From: a virus
IMG/VR virus record: IMGVR_UViG_3300020044_007580
Coordinates: 4,257-68,256 of that record
Strand: one strand, 5' to 3'
DNA: 64,000 nucleotides
Below the pieces are notes generated by a model that was given only the letters and a program-made list of their open reading frames with translations, searched no databases and was not told the origin of the DNA. How positions within the stretch are numbered: the first letter of the stretch is position 1; every line of letters begins with the position of its first letter. Below, in pieces: positions 19,304 through 28,452 of the stretch. The position numbers and the translations under genes are program-made.

Positions 19304-20575
19304 ATGGAAAACAACCAAACAAACATCCCCAAAAAGAGAATCCTGGTGTTGGCAGACTTTGCCTGCAATACGGGCTTTGGAAATGTAGCGCAAAACATTG
19401 TCTCACAAATACTGCTGGAAGAACGAGTTGACTATTGGGTTGACGTCGTCGGTATCAACTACTATGGCGAGCCGAATACGTGGCAGCGATTCTATCCAAA
19501 AGTAAGGTTGTTCTCAGCCAGCATGTCATCTCGAGGGGATCTATGGGGCAGGGAGTACTTCTTGGAGCTGGCTTCTAGTGGAGAGTATGACTACCTTTGG
19601 GTCTTGCAGGATACCTTTATCGTTAAGACGATCGCGAAAGAACTCAAGCAAATACACGAGATGTTGCCTGCTGACAAGAAGTTCACGTGGATATACTACT
19701 TCCCGCTTGATGCAACTCCGCCAGATGATTGGATCACAGATGCCGTGGCGGCCGCTCATATCCCTGTGTCGTATACCAAGTGGGCAAAGGGTTTGTGCAC
19801 CAATGTCTCCCCGGAGCTCGAGAGCAAGATTGAAGTGATCCCGCATGGCGTTGACACTGGCATCTTCAATGTCCTTGATCCTGATGAAGTCAAGGTGTGG
19901 AGAACCAAATATTTCCACGGTCACGCAGATGGACGCGTGTTGTTGACAAACGTCAACCGCAATCAACCGCGCAAGGACATAGGTAGAACGCTGCAAGTGG
20001 CGCAATACATGAAGAAGATTTACCCTGGGAAGTACCTCTTCTACATGCACATGAAGCCAAAGGACGTAGGTGTTGATGTAGTCCGAGCGGCAACGTCTAT
20101 GGGTCTGGAGATGTACAAGGACTACGTTATACCGAACAAGCAGTATGATGCCAACAAGTTTCCGGCGTCTCTGCTGAACTATGTGTATAACGCGTCGGAT
20201 GCAATCATAAGCACGGCTCTTGGTGAAGGTTGGGGGTTGTCTCTCACTGAAGCTATGGCTACTAAGACGCCTGTATTTGCACCAAACCATACAGCAGTAG
20301 CTGACGTGTGTAACTATGGATCGTTTGCTACGCTGTGCGCTGCAAGCAACGAGATAATTATTGCCAACGACAATGAGGTTATACGTAAACAAACCGATAT
20401 TGTAGATATGGCGCAGAAGATTGACGCTGCATTTTCACAGGAGTGGTCAAGGAAAACTATGAATTCTACCTGTGAGCTAGCCTATAAGCATGTAGTGTCA
20501 AATCTTGACTGGAACACTGTAGGTCAGGCTTGGCGCGATTTGTTGTTCCGTTCTACACCGAATAAGTCAGAGTAA
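19304..20575 (+). CDS. GT-B fold glycosyltransferase (GT4-like)
   Basis: TGFG N-terminal motif, IPHGVD, NRNQPRK, EGWGLSLTEA (EX7E); start set at MENNQ. Confidence 0.9.
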   Translation: MENNQTNIPKKRILVLADFACNTGFGNVAQNIVSQILLEERVDYWVDVVGINYYGEPNTWQRFYPKVRLFSASMSSRGDLWGREYFLELASSGEYDYLWVLQDTFIVKTIAKELKQIHEMLPADKKFTWIYYFPLDATPPDDWITDAVAAAHIPVSYTKWAKGLCTNVSPELESKIEVIPHGVDTGIFNVLDPDEVKVWRTKYFHGHADGRVLLTNVNRNQPRKDIGRTLQVAQYMKKIYPGKYLFYMHMKPKDVGVDVVRAATSMGLEMYKDYVIPNKQYDANKFPASLLNYVYNASDAIISTALGEGWGLSLTEAMATKTPVFAPNHTAVADVCNYGSFATLCAASNEIIIANDNEVIRKQTDIVDMAQKIDAAFSQEWSRKTMNSTCELAYKHVVSNLDWNTVGQAWRDLLFRSTPNKSE

Positions 20576-21135
20576 TGCCATTTGCTTTCTACGATTCGAC
20601 AGGCGATACGACGACCTCTACCGGAGTAGGTCCGCTCATTGGCACGCTGACGCCACCGATAGGGTATCAAACTCCAACGGCAGCTGGAGTGGTCAACAAT
20701 GTAGAGACTGTCATACGTATCGAGACAGAGAACGGGCTGTTCTGGGAAGTGTGCGATAGCGTTGTAACGCTAGCTTCGGGTGTTTATACATACTCTCGTG
20801 GTAGCGTAATAGCGTCTTCCTCTGCAGGATCGCGGGTGTCTTTCGGTCCAGGGATCAAGCGCATCTACTATACTATTGATGCCGATCACTTGGCCAGTGC
20901 CGTCACTAACGTAGTCAACGAGAAGCCAAACGGGACGATTGATAATGTTAACGCTACATTTACAACTGACTTCCCGTTTATACCAGAAAGTGTTGAGGTT
21001 ATGTTGAATGGTGTAGTCCTTTCGTCTCCGGACGACTACTACACTTTTGGGTCAAACACCATACAAATGATGAGTAGCCCAGTTGTGGGTGATAAACTTT
21101 TAGTCAATTACACGCAATTAACAAACAACATATAG
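20575..21135 (+). CDS. Virion fibre/appendage protein
   Basis: TAATG coupling; WEV...RG..ASS N-terminal domain and V.LNGV.L....DY C-terminal domain. Confidence 0.65.
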   Translation: MPFAFYDSTGDTTTSTGVGPLIGTLTPPIGYQTPTAAGVVNNVETVIRIETENGLFWEVCDSVVTLASGVYTYSRGSVIASSSAGSRVSFGPGIKRIYYTIDADHLASAVTNVVNEKPNGTIDNVNATFTTDFPFIPESVEVMLNGVVLSSPDDYYTFGSNTIQMMSSPVVGDKLLVNYTQLTNNI

Positions 21136-21144
21136 GAGTAGTAA

Positions 21145-21975
21145 ATGCCAGCAACAACAATCAAGCAGTCACAAATACGTGATGGTGCGATCAATGATGC
21201 TAAAGTGGCGGCAGCGGCAGCGATAGCTACAACCAAGCTCGCCGATGGACCGAACTTCATCAAGAAGGACGGATCTGTCGCGATGACTGGTAGTCTTAAC
21301 CTTGGCAATCAAACGATTACAAATCTTGCGACGCCGTCCAGCAATAGTGACGCAGCAAACAAGTCGTACGTTGATGGTCAGATTAGCAATTTGAATCAGA
21401 TCTTCAAGGTCAAGCCGAACGCTCGTCTGGCTACAACGTCAAGCATTACAATTAGTAATCCTGGGACTGCATCTTTTGATGGAGTTACAATTGTGTCTGG
21501 AGAAATTCTTTTTGTACGAGCGCAGTCGTCTCCGGCAGAAAATGGATTGTACACGTTTAATGGCAGTTCTTCTGCATTGACGCGCATATCCCAAATGGAT
21601 TCTTGGGCTGAAATCCCTGGTGCTTTCTTTGCAGTAGAAGAAGGTACTACATATGCAGACACTCTTTGGCTTTGTACTTCTAATACTGGTGGTACTCTTG
21701 GAACCACTGCAATTACCTTCACTCAAGTTCCGTCTTCGGCTGGACTTCAAAACACGAACTTCAAGGACAAGGAGATCCCTGGAGGAAATATAGACGGTAT
21801 CAACGTAACATATACTCTGGCCAATACACCGATAGCCGGGAGTGATCAGGTATATCTCAACGGCGTATTGTTGCGACAGGGAGCTGGTCATGACTATCAG
21901 ATTTCTGGATCTACCATAACAATGTTAACTGCACCGGTGTCTCCTGACTTTATCCAGGTAAGCTATAGAGCATAA
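21145..21975 (+). CDS. Virion fibre protein
   Basis: MTG.L.LG...ITNLA.P....DAANKSYVD, Q...AENGLY and VEEGT motifs common in phage fibres. Confidence 0.75.
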   Translation: MPATTIKQSQIRDGAINDAKVAAAAAIATTKLADGPNFIKKDGSVAMTGSLNLGNQTITNLATPSSNSDAANKSYVDGQISNLNQIFKVKPNARLATTSSITISNPGTASFDGVTIVSGEILFVRAQSSPAENGLYTFNGSSSALTRISQMDSWAEIPGAFFAVEEGTTYADTLWLCTSNTGGTLGTTAITFTQVPSSAGLQNTNFKDKEIPGGNIDGINVTYTLANTPIAGSDQVYLNGVLLRQGAGHDYQISGSTITMLTAPVSPDFIQVSYRA

Positions 21976-21977
21976 TA

Positions 21978-22559
21978 ATGCCATCTACAACGCTTAAAAC
22001 AGGACAGATTCGAGATGCTGCGATTACAGAAGCTAAGCTTGGGCTTAGTGATGTAACGACAGCAAATGTTTCTACATCAGCGCACGGGTTAGCTCCAAAG
22101 CTTTCCAACAACTCAGCGCAGTTCCTAAATGGCGTTGGCTCTTGGGTGAATCCAAATCTGCTAAACAGTGCGCCCGGGAACAACTCGTTTTCCGGGCCTA
22201 CTGTAACGCTAACAGCAGCTCAAAACCTTTCGCAGTGGGATGTATGTTATGTCAACGTTGCATCGAAAATGGCGAAAGGAAGCGCACTGCTATATGCGTC
22301 ATCTGTTATATTTGCCATGGCAACGCAGGCTATAAACACAGATGCAACGGGAACATTTTTGCTCCCTAACTCATTTGTGCAGAACAATTCTTGGAGTTGG
22401 ACAGCAGGAGGGGTCTTGTACCTCTCTGTAACTACGGCAGGTGGAATGACACAGACTGCGCCAAGCTCTACTGGTCAATGCGTTACTGTTCTGGGCGTAG
22501 CGTTAAGCTCGACTGTTGTGTACTTTGATCCACAGCTTGTGATAGTGGAGATAGCATGA
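21978..22559 (+). CDS. Virion fibre protein
   Basis: N-terminus paralogous to the previous gene; C-terminal WTAGG.LYLS...G..TQTAP domain. Confidence 0.7.
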   Translation: MPSTTLKTGQIRDAAITEAKLGLSDVTTANVSTSAHGLAPKLSNNSAQFLNGVGSWVNPNLLNSAPGNNSFSGPTVTLTAAQNLSQWDVCYVNVASKMAKGSALLYASSVIFAMATQAINTDATGTFLLPNSFVQNNSWSWTAGGVLYLSVTTAGGMTQTAPSSTGQCVTVLGVALSSTVVYFDPQLVIVEIA

Positions 22560-22852
22560 TGATCAAATATCTAGCCGACATTGTAGGCGACCAAGTGATC
22601 TGCACGATACACGCTATCGAAAACCCATCGCTCACGGACTACCAAAGTGAGGATGGATTTTTGACATTGCGCAAAGTGGCTGGTGGCTCTGACGGATGGC
22701 TCGGATACGGCGGACTGTGCCTGTACTACTGTTCGACCTGCCTACCCATCACGCTCAAATCTCCGCACTACGAACACGCGCAAGACCTTACCGACCTCAT
22801 GGAGCGCATCACACGGAACATGGAGATTGTAAATGGCGACGTTTTACCTTGA
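22556..22852 (+). CDS. Hypothetical protein
   Basis: 98 aa, ATGA overlap upstream, overlaps the spike start. Confidence 0.55.
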   Translation: MMIKYLADIVGDQVICTIHAIENPSLTDYQSEDGFLTLRKVAGGSDGWLGYGGLCLYYCSTCLPITLKSPHYEHAQDLTDLMERITRNMEIVNGDVLP

Positions 22853-24779
22853 CTTTGAAGGCGGCAACGATTCAAACGACGGCACCACCTTTGCCAACCG
22901 CTGGAAAACGATAACGAGCGGAGCGACGGCGGCGCGCATTGCGCCTGGGGATGTCATCCGCATCATGAAGAGTCCAGATCCCGTATCGCTTGGGGTGAAC
23001 GGCACCTTCACAAAGCAAAGCCCTACCATCACGCTTGCATCGGCAGTCACGGCAAACATCTCGCTATGTCAAGCCGCATGGACGGCATCGGCAAACGTGA
23101 CGACCACCACATCATCGACACGCAAGCAAGGCACGCTATCGACATCGATAGCCCCTGCGGCTGCCTTCACGACGGGCTTGCTTGCGTATGAGGCGACGGG
23201 GACGCTCGACCTATCAGCATATCAAAACGTCACCTTCTGGATTCGCACCTCATCGGCTGTCTCTGCAAACGTCCTACGCCTTGACTTGTGCAGCGACACG
23301 GCAGGCGCCACGCCTGTGCATAGCATTACCATAGATTCTGCAACCTTTACCAACGTTTGGAAGCCCGTGACATGGAAAAACGGCTCTGCTCTGTCAAGCT
23401 CCATTCAATCAGTAGCGCTTACTGCCTTGTCAGACCCTGGCACGTCTACCATCCTCGTCGACAACATCCTCGCAACAAACGACCTGCATTTCGGCTCGCT
23501 TATCGGTACTTCATCATCGGCAACAAGTTTTGTATGGTATCCTATCAAGTCAATAAACGGCACAACGGTCATTATTGGTGCATCGCAAAACGAGGACGCC
23601 GTAACAACTGCTCGCGGATGGCATGATACTACAACAACGACAACCGCTTACGTGAGGAGCGCTATAAGACTGACCACAGCTCAGACAGTACAAGATGGCG
23701 GTGAACCATCCGCAAAAATAACATATAGTGGGGGATGGGATAGGACCGCAATGACAACGCAGGACGGTATCACTATTCTACAAGGTGATTTCAATACCAT
23801 TACGTCCGCATTGTCGATAAATAATCAAATCAACATTTCGGTCGAGTACATTGCGGCCTTATGGGCGAATTCATCTATAGCATCTATTGCTGCCACATGC
23901 ACCACCAAAAATATTGCGGGCTATGGAGTTAATACCTCAATGAACTTGCCAATCGGTTCCTATGCGTCTAACATTTATTCAATATCCTCATCAGGCACTT
24001 ACAGTATATCGGGAATTGCAAATAACGTATTCAGTTATTCGAACTCAGCTAACGGCGTTACGTTTAGCACTACATCAGTTAGTTCAAACATAACGTGCCT
24101 GAATAACTCCACTAACGGTATAAGTGTAAGTGCGGGGGCGCGAATTACTAACGTGGTGTCGCGTGATAATGGAAGTTCTGGCATCAGTATATCGTCTGAC
24201 GGTGTTTTTATTAATGGTGTAACTACATCTGGAAATAATGTTGGAATTGCAGCTAATGGCGTTGCCAGATTGAATAATCTGAACTTGAGCGAAGCAACTC
24301 CAATATCACAAAGCTCAGGAACTACCTATTACGCATATATTTCGCGGTTCTCACCATACAAAGGCGTCATCTATTCAAGCGGGTCTATCGTTGTCCAAGA
24401 CAGCACCGCACAGCTACATGGCGCGGCGTCCATATCTTGGAAGCACGACCCGACAACGGCTCACACAACCGACATCCCTGTCGACCAGCCACTGCAACCC
24501 TTCGCCGTGGCGGCGTCATCGCTTGTCACTTTCAAGATATGGGTCTACCGCACCTCGACAAACGTCGAAGGGCGCGTGCGCTTGCGTGGGTACGTGACGC
24601 CGGGTGTGGACGCTGACGTGACGGCTACCATTACGGCGGCAATCAACACGTGGCAAGAGCTGACAGTAACCTGCACGCCATCGGCGGCGGGCGTTGTGCA
24701 GATTGACCTTGAAAGCTACTCTGTCAACGGAAGCACTGGCACGGTGTACTTCGGAGACGCAACCGTATCACAGGCGTAA
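22833..24779 (+). CDS. Tail spike/receptor-binding protein with parallel beta-helix
   Basis: GNDSNDG..WKTI beta-helix cap, S/N/G/I-rich repeats, C-terminal jelly-roll-like domain. Confidence 0.75.
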   Translation: MATFYLDFEGGNDSNDGTTFANRWKTITSGATAARIAPGDVIRIMKSPDPVSLGVNGTFTKQSPTITLASAVTANISLCQAAWTASANVTTTTSSTRKQGTLSTSIAPAAAFTTGLLAYEATGTLDLSAYQNVTFWIRTSSAVSANVLRLDLCSDTAGATPVHSITIDSATFTNVWKPVTWKNGSALSSSIQSVALTALSDPGTSTILVDNILATNDLHFGSLIGTSSSATSFVWYPIKSINGTTVIIGASQNEDAVTTARGWHDTTTTTTAYVRSAIRLTTAQTVQDGGEPSAKITYSGGWDRTAMTTQDGITILQGDFNTITSALSINNQINISVEYIAALWANSSIASIAATCTTKNIAGYGVNTSMNLPIGSYASNIYSISSSGTYSISGIANNVFSYSNSANGVTFSTTSVSSNITCLNNSTNGISVSAGARITNVVSRDNGSSGISISSDGVFINGVTTSGNNVGIAANGVARLNNLNLSEATPISQSSGTTYYAYISRFSPYKGVIYSSGSIVVQDSTAQLHGAASISWKHDPTTAHTTDIPVDQPLQPFAVAASSLVTFKIWVYRTSTNVEGRVRLRGYVTPGVDADVTATITAAINTWQELTVTCTPSAAGVVQIDLESYSVNGSTGTVYFGDATVSQA

Positions 24780-24782
24780 GCG

Positions 24783-25043
24783 ATGCCATTACCTACCAAC
24801 CTACCGCTCCTCGACTATAACATCTACGGAAGCCCGCTTCTTCCGCAGGCAAAGCCGACTATCGACCTGGAGCTGCTGGACTATGGTATCTATGCCCAAC
24901 AATTCGCCGCAAACAACATTAGTGCTGCGCCAGCTACTGACAAGATTGCGTTTATAGCTCGAACTGCGTACTCATCTGTGTCTAAGGTGTCTACGGTTTC
25001 AAAGGCGTCAATAGGGAAAATTTCTGGAGTTCTAGCAAAGTAA
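24783..25043 (+). CDS. Small spike-associated protein
   Basis: 86 aa with internal duplication LLDYNIY/LLDYGIY. Confidence 0.55.
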   Translation: MPLPTNLPLLDYNIYGSPLLPQAKPTIDLELLDYGIYAQQFAANNISAAPATDKIAFIARTAYSSVSKVSTVSKASIGKISGVLAK

Positions 25044-25097
25044 GCATATTTGGCAATGCAAGTCGAGATGGTGGTAGATTGCATGGTACTTAATCTT

Positions 25098-25421
25098 ATG
25101 TGGGATATGGGAATCTCTGATGTAACCGGTCTAGTTGCCACATTGTCGACAATCATAAGCGGGTTTGCTATCATGATCCGCTTTGTTTACAAGGCATCCT
25201 CTAAGCTTTTAGAAGCCATGGCTAAAAATCATGCAGATCTTTTGAAGCCTATAGTTGACGATATACGGCAGTCCGCAGTCATAACTGCGCGCATATCTGA
25301 TTTGGAGCAGGAGCACAAAGACATGGTGGCAGAGCAGTCCCATATCTCGGCGAAGCTGGATGCTATGTCAAATCGCATAGATGAGACGTATAGTCTTTTG
25401 CTGAAGCTTATGAAGAACTAG
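25098..25421 (+). CDS. Membrane-anchored coiled-coil protein (holin/antiholin-like)
   Basis: One TM helix followed by a coiled coil; start uncertain. Confidence 0.55.
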   Translation: MWDMGISDVTGLVATLSTIISGFAIMIRFVYKASSKLLEAMAKNHADLLKPIVDDIRQSAVITARISDLEQEHKDMVAEQSHISAKLDAMSNRIDETYSLLLKLMKN

Positions 25422-25422
25422 A

Positions 25423-25632
25423 ATGCTGTCTACTGTTGGCATAGCAAGAATAGGCGTTACGAATGTACCGAGGCCAGACATTGTGCTGGTGGTGTTTCGT
25501 CCTGGATCTGTATCAGCAAAAGATGTCAGCAAGACTAAGACTGGTTCTAAGTGGGTCAATCTTGAAGGATTCAGTGCCGTAGACATTTCCAAGCCAGTAA
25601 GCGGGTCAAAATACATACTGATAGAGCAATGA
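25423..25632 (+). CDS. Hypothetical protein
   Basis: 69-aa ORF filling the gap, ATGA overlap downstream. Confidence 0.5.
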   Translation: MLSTVGIARIGVTNVPRPDIVLVVFRPGSVSAKDVSKTKTGSKWVNLEGFSAVDISKPVSGSKYILIEQ

Positions 25633-25979
25633 TACAGGTCTACAAAGAAACAGTGCGGGGCGACAATGCCGATTGGTCATTCGTGATAACCATGAATGGC
25701 GTGCCGTACGATATCACCGGTTGCAGTTTCCTTGCATGCGCAAAGAAGCGGCTGACGGATACGGATGCGCAGGCTGTTGTTAGTCAGAACAATTTACTTG
25801 TCACTATCAACGATGCCCCTAACGGTGTCATTGATGTCAAGATCGACAACTCGGTAGTTGACCAGGTTCCGCCTGGCCATTACTACATTGATGTGAATAT
25901 GGAAGCCCCGACTGGTGAGGTAGTAACGCCTATCCGGATCATGTGGGAGTTGATGGCAGATGTATTACGTTTTAGATAG
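25629..25979 (+). CDS. BppU N-terminal-like fibre adaptor
   Basis: RGD......I...G.PYDITG...K......G.YYIDV pattern. Confidence 0.65.
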   Translation: MIQVYKETVRGDNADWSFVITMNGVPYDITGCSFLACAKKRLTDTDAQAVVSQNNLLVTINDAPNGVIDVKIDNSVVDQVPPGHYYIDVNMEAPTGEVVTPIRIMWELMADVLRFR

Positions 25980-25987
25980 GATCGCAC

Positions 25988-26350
25988 ATGAAAGACAAGA
26001 AGATGCTAAAGCGCACCAGTGCTGCTGACTTCACATCTGGAATCCCTAACAAGAAGAATCCAAAGGACTCGCTTGTCAATAAGGCGTATAGCCTTGGCTA
26101 CCAGCAGGCCGCTTTGGTTAACGGCATGCAGGCGATGGCCCAGCAACAAGCAGAGCAGCAGCAGCAGTATGCACAGGCTGTCCAGCAATTGTTTCAGTTG
26201 CAGGCACAACTTGCACAACAGAATCAAGCAGCACCTGTAGTTGGCCAGATGCCTTCTGCGGCCCCGCCTGCACCAAGCCCTGCATTACCTGGGATGAGCC
26301 TGCCTACGCAGCCGACTGCAGCCACTCCGGCTCCCCCTCCTATGATGTAG
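25988..26350 (+). CDS. Hypothetical Gln/Pro-rich protein
   Basis: 120 aa; basic N-terminus, Gln-rich helix, Pro-rich tail. Confidence 0.6.
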   Translation: MKDKKMLKRTSAADFTSGIPNKKNPKDSLVNKAYSLGYQQAALVNGMQAMAQQQAEQQQQYAQAVQQLFQLQAQLAQQNQAAPVVGQMPSAAPPAPSPALPGMSLPTQPTAATPAPPPMM

Positions 26351-26360
26351 GAGGATATAC

Positions 26361-26984
26361 ATGACCCCAATACAATGGCGTTCGCGCTTGCGCATGATGC
26401 TGGATGATGAGGACACTCGCTTCGATAAAGCAGGTGTCTTTTGGGATGACATTGATCTCAACCGTCAGCTAGATGCATCTCAGCTACTAGTGCTAGAGCG
26501 CATTGCTAACAAGGGGCAGTACTATCTCCTGCAAGGATTGTTGTCCAGGTACACCGTACCGCTAGCATCCCGCGTTGTTGTAGCTCCCTTGCCAAACAAT
26601 TACTTCCTTGCTGTTGGGTCTGATATGGACAACCGACCTGCTCGACTACACATGGGTGGAGTTGGCGTCGTATATGAGCAGTACAATCATTACGGATGCG
26701 CTGTACAGGGAAGCAACGTAGTGTTTATTGGCGGCATTGGTAAGAATGGCAGCTTGTGGTATGTGCGCACTCCGCTCAGTTTTAGCGTGCAGCAAGGAAC
26801 GGATCGCCAAGAATTTGATGAGTTAGCGTATCAAGCCATACTTTACCACACTGCTTCGACCTTGATGATTAAGGACAGCAGCGCAACTAACAGGTATGCA
26901 AAGCTATATCAGAATACTCTGACAAAACTTTTGCAGGAACCGGTTGAGATGCATGTTATGTTCGATGACGCATATGTTGCATGA
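26361..26984 (+). CDS. Tail adaptor/ring protein, paralog 1
   Basis: MT.....LR.MLDD...W....L...LD.SQ N-terminal helices and C-terminal F.E....AILY..A. Confidence 0.65.
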   Translation: MTPIQWRSRLRMMLDDEDTRFDKAGVFWDDIDLNRQLDASQLLVLERIANKGQYYLLQGLLSRYTVPLASRVVVAPLPNNYFLAVGSDMDNRPARLHMGGVGVVYEQYNHYGCAVQGSNVVFIGGIGKNGSLWYVRTPLSFSVQQGTDRQEFDELAYQAILYHTASTLMIKDSSATNRYAKLYQNTLTKLLQEPVEMHVMFDDAYVA

Positions 26985-27688
26985 CCACACTAGAAGCCAT
27001 AGACGCTGTACAGATGTTGCTCGACGAGCTTGGGTCGGAGTATTACTCCCCTGTGGAAATACTCATGGCACTCGAGCAGGCTCAGGTGGAAAAGGCTAGA
27101 GAGTATTGGTACTATGGGAAGAAGGAAGGCATACGACCGTTGTTCACCAGAGTCCCGATCAACGGTTCCGGATCGGCTGGAATCAATCTAGCAGTAGCGT
27201 TAGGTGGCAATAGAGCGATGTTCTACGAGGCTCTGCTCGTCAGGATGAGTGATGCGGAACCTTCGCCAATACACCATGCTAGATACATTTCGCCAGACAA
27301 GTACATCTGGTACCGATTCTCTAATCCAGGGGCAACCGGTAGAGTAAGTGGCAGGCTGGAGTACAGTGTTATTGGTAGCATACTGTTTCACAACGGAGCC
27401 GGAACCAGTGCAGATTTCTCGTACGTTGTACAGCCAACTCTACCTACGCCACAAGCTCCTTTTGTGCTGGCCGCATATGCCCACCAAGATATCGTGGATA
27501 GAGCAGCGTATCTGCTATATCGAAAAGAAGTCGGGCTTGATGATCACGAAGCAGTTGGGACCAACGCTGATCTACAACTGATCAACGAAAGCATCAAGCA
27601 GCGATCAGAGTTGACAGCTGCCAAGCAAGTGCTGCGCCAGCAATACAAGAAGGACATTGAGAATAGACCAACGACGGAGCTTGAATGA
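26981..27688 (+). CDS. Tail adaptor/ring protein, paralog 2
   Basis: MTT.EAID.V..LLD....YY...EI..AL..AQ; C-terminal H.DIVD.AA.L. Confidence 0.65.
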   Translation: MTTLEAIDAVQMLLDELGSEYYSPVEILMALEQAQVEKAREYWYYGKKEGIRPLFTRVPINGSGSAGINLAVALGGNRAMFYEALLVRMSDAEPSPIHHARYISPDKYIWYRFSNPGATGRVSGRLEYSVIGSILFHNGAGTSADFSYVVQPTLPTPQAPFVLAAYAHQDIVDRAAYLLYRKEVGLDDHEAVGTNADLQLINESIKQRSELTAAKQVLRQQYKKDIENRPTTELE

Positions 27689-28443
27689 TACTTTACTCAT
27701 CAATGACGGTACGTGAAGCCATTGACGAGATACTCGACAAAGTGTCTCAGCTTCAGACAGCAACCAATCTTGATTACAAGACTGTTTGGATGTTCCTTAA
27801 CCGTGCGCGCAGAGAGGTGTTTGCGCGTACGCTGGCGTATAAGGATAGCTCATACATCAAGATTGCAAATGTTTCTGACTCTACGCAACTGCCGTTAGAC
27901 TTTACCCGTAAGCTTAGGGTCATACTTCAAGATGGGTCTGGAGAGTTTGTAGAGGCTCGTTTTGCAGCACCGCAAGAGTGGTGGAAGTTGACCAATGCGG
28001 TACGACCTCACACCGTAGCGCGAGCCACGCCTCGTTTCCCCATCTATACATTGTGGGGTGCTACCAACAATATCGCAGACGATCGCGCTTACTTCTACTG
28101 CTGGCCGACAAATATGACCGGGAAGCTGGAGTACTACGCTGCGTATGGTGATCTGCCTGTAGACGTAAATGGCGATCCATTGGACGCCTCGCCACTTAAC
28201 GTGCCATATGAGTTTGAGAACCTTGTGATACAAGCCGCCTTGTTACGGTGCTATGGTCGCCTGGCAGAGCGAGACAAACTTCAAGAGACGTATGTCGCAG
28301 TGCAGGCAGAGTATGCCAAGCTTGCCAGAAACTCGGCTGCGTCAAAGGCAACAAACGCCATCAATCAGCAGGCTCTGGTTGATCCACAGCCAAGCATGGC
28401 ACCGCCGACGTCGCTCACTGCTCCTGTACAACAACCTCAATAA
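27685..28443 (+). CDS. Tail adaptor/ring protein, paralog 3
   Basis: MTV.EAIDEI....FLNRARREV, LP.DF, VPYEFENLVI..A. Confidence 0.65.
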   Translation: MILYSSMTVREAIDEILDKVSQLQTATNLDYKTVWMFLNRARREVFARTLAYKDSSYIKIANVSDSTQLPLDFTRKLRVILQDGSGEFVEARFAAPQEWWKLTNAVRPHTVARATPRFPIYTLWGATNNIADDRAYFYCWPTNMTGKLEYYAAYGDLPVDVNGDPLDASPLNVPYEFENLVIQAALLRCYGRLAERDKLQETYVAVQAEYAKLARNSAASKATNAINQQALVDPQPSMAPPTSLTAPVQQPQ

Positions 28444-28452
28444 GGATAGCAT

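Noticed and set aside
19541-20392. 283-aa antisense ORF opposite the glycosyltransferase
   Set aside because: Shadow ORF with no motifs; the sense gene is well supported
22833-24779. Diversity-generating retroelement target
   Set aside because: No reverse transcriptase or TR/VR pair seen in the window
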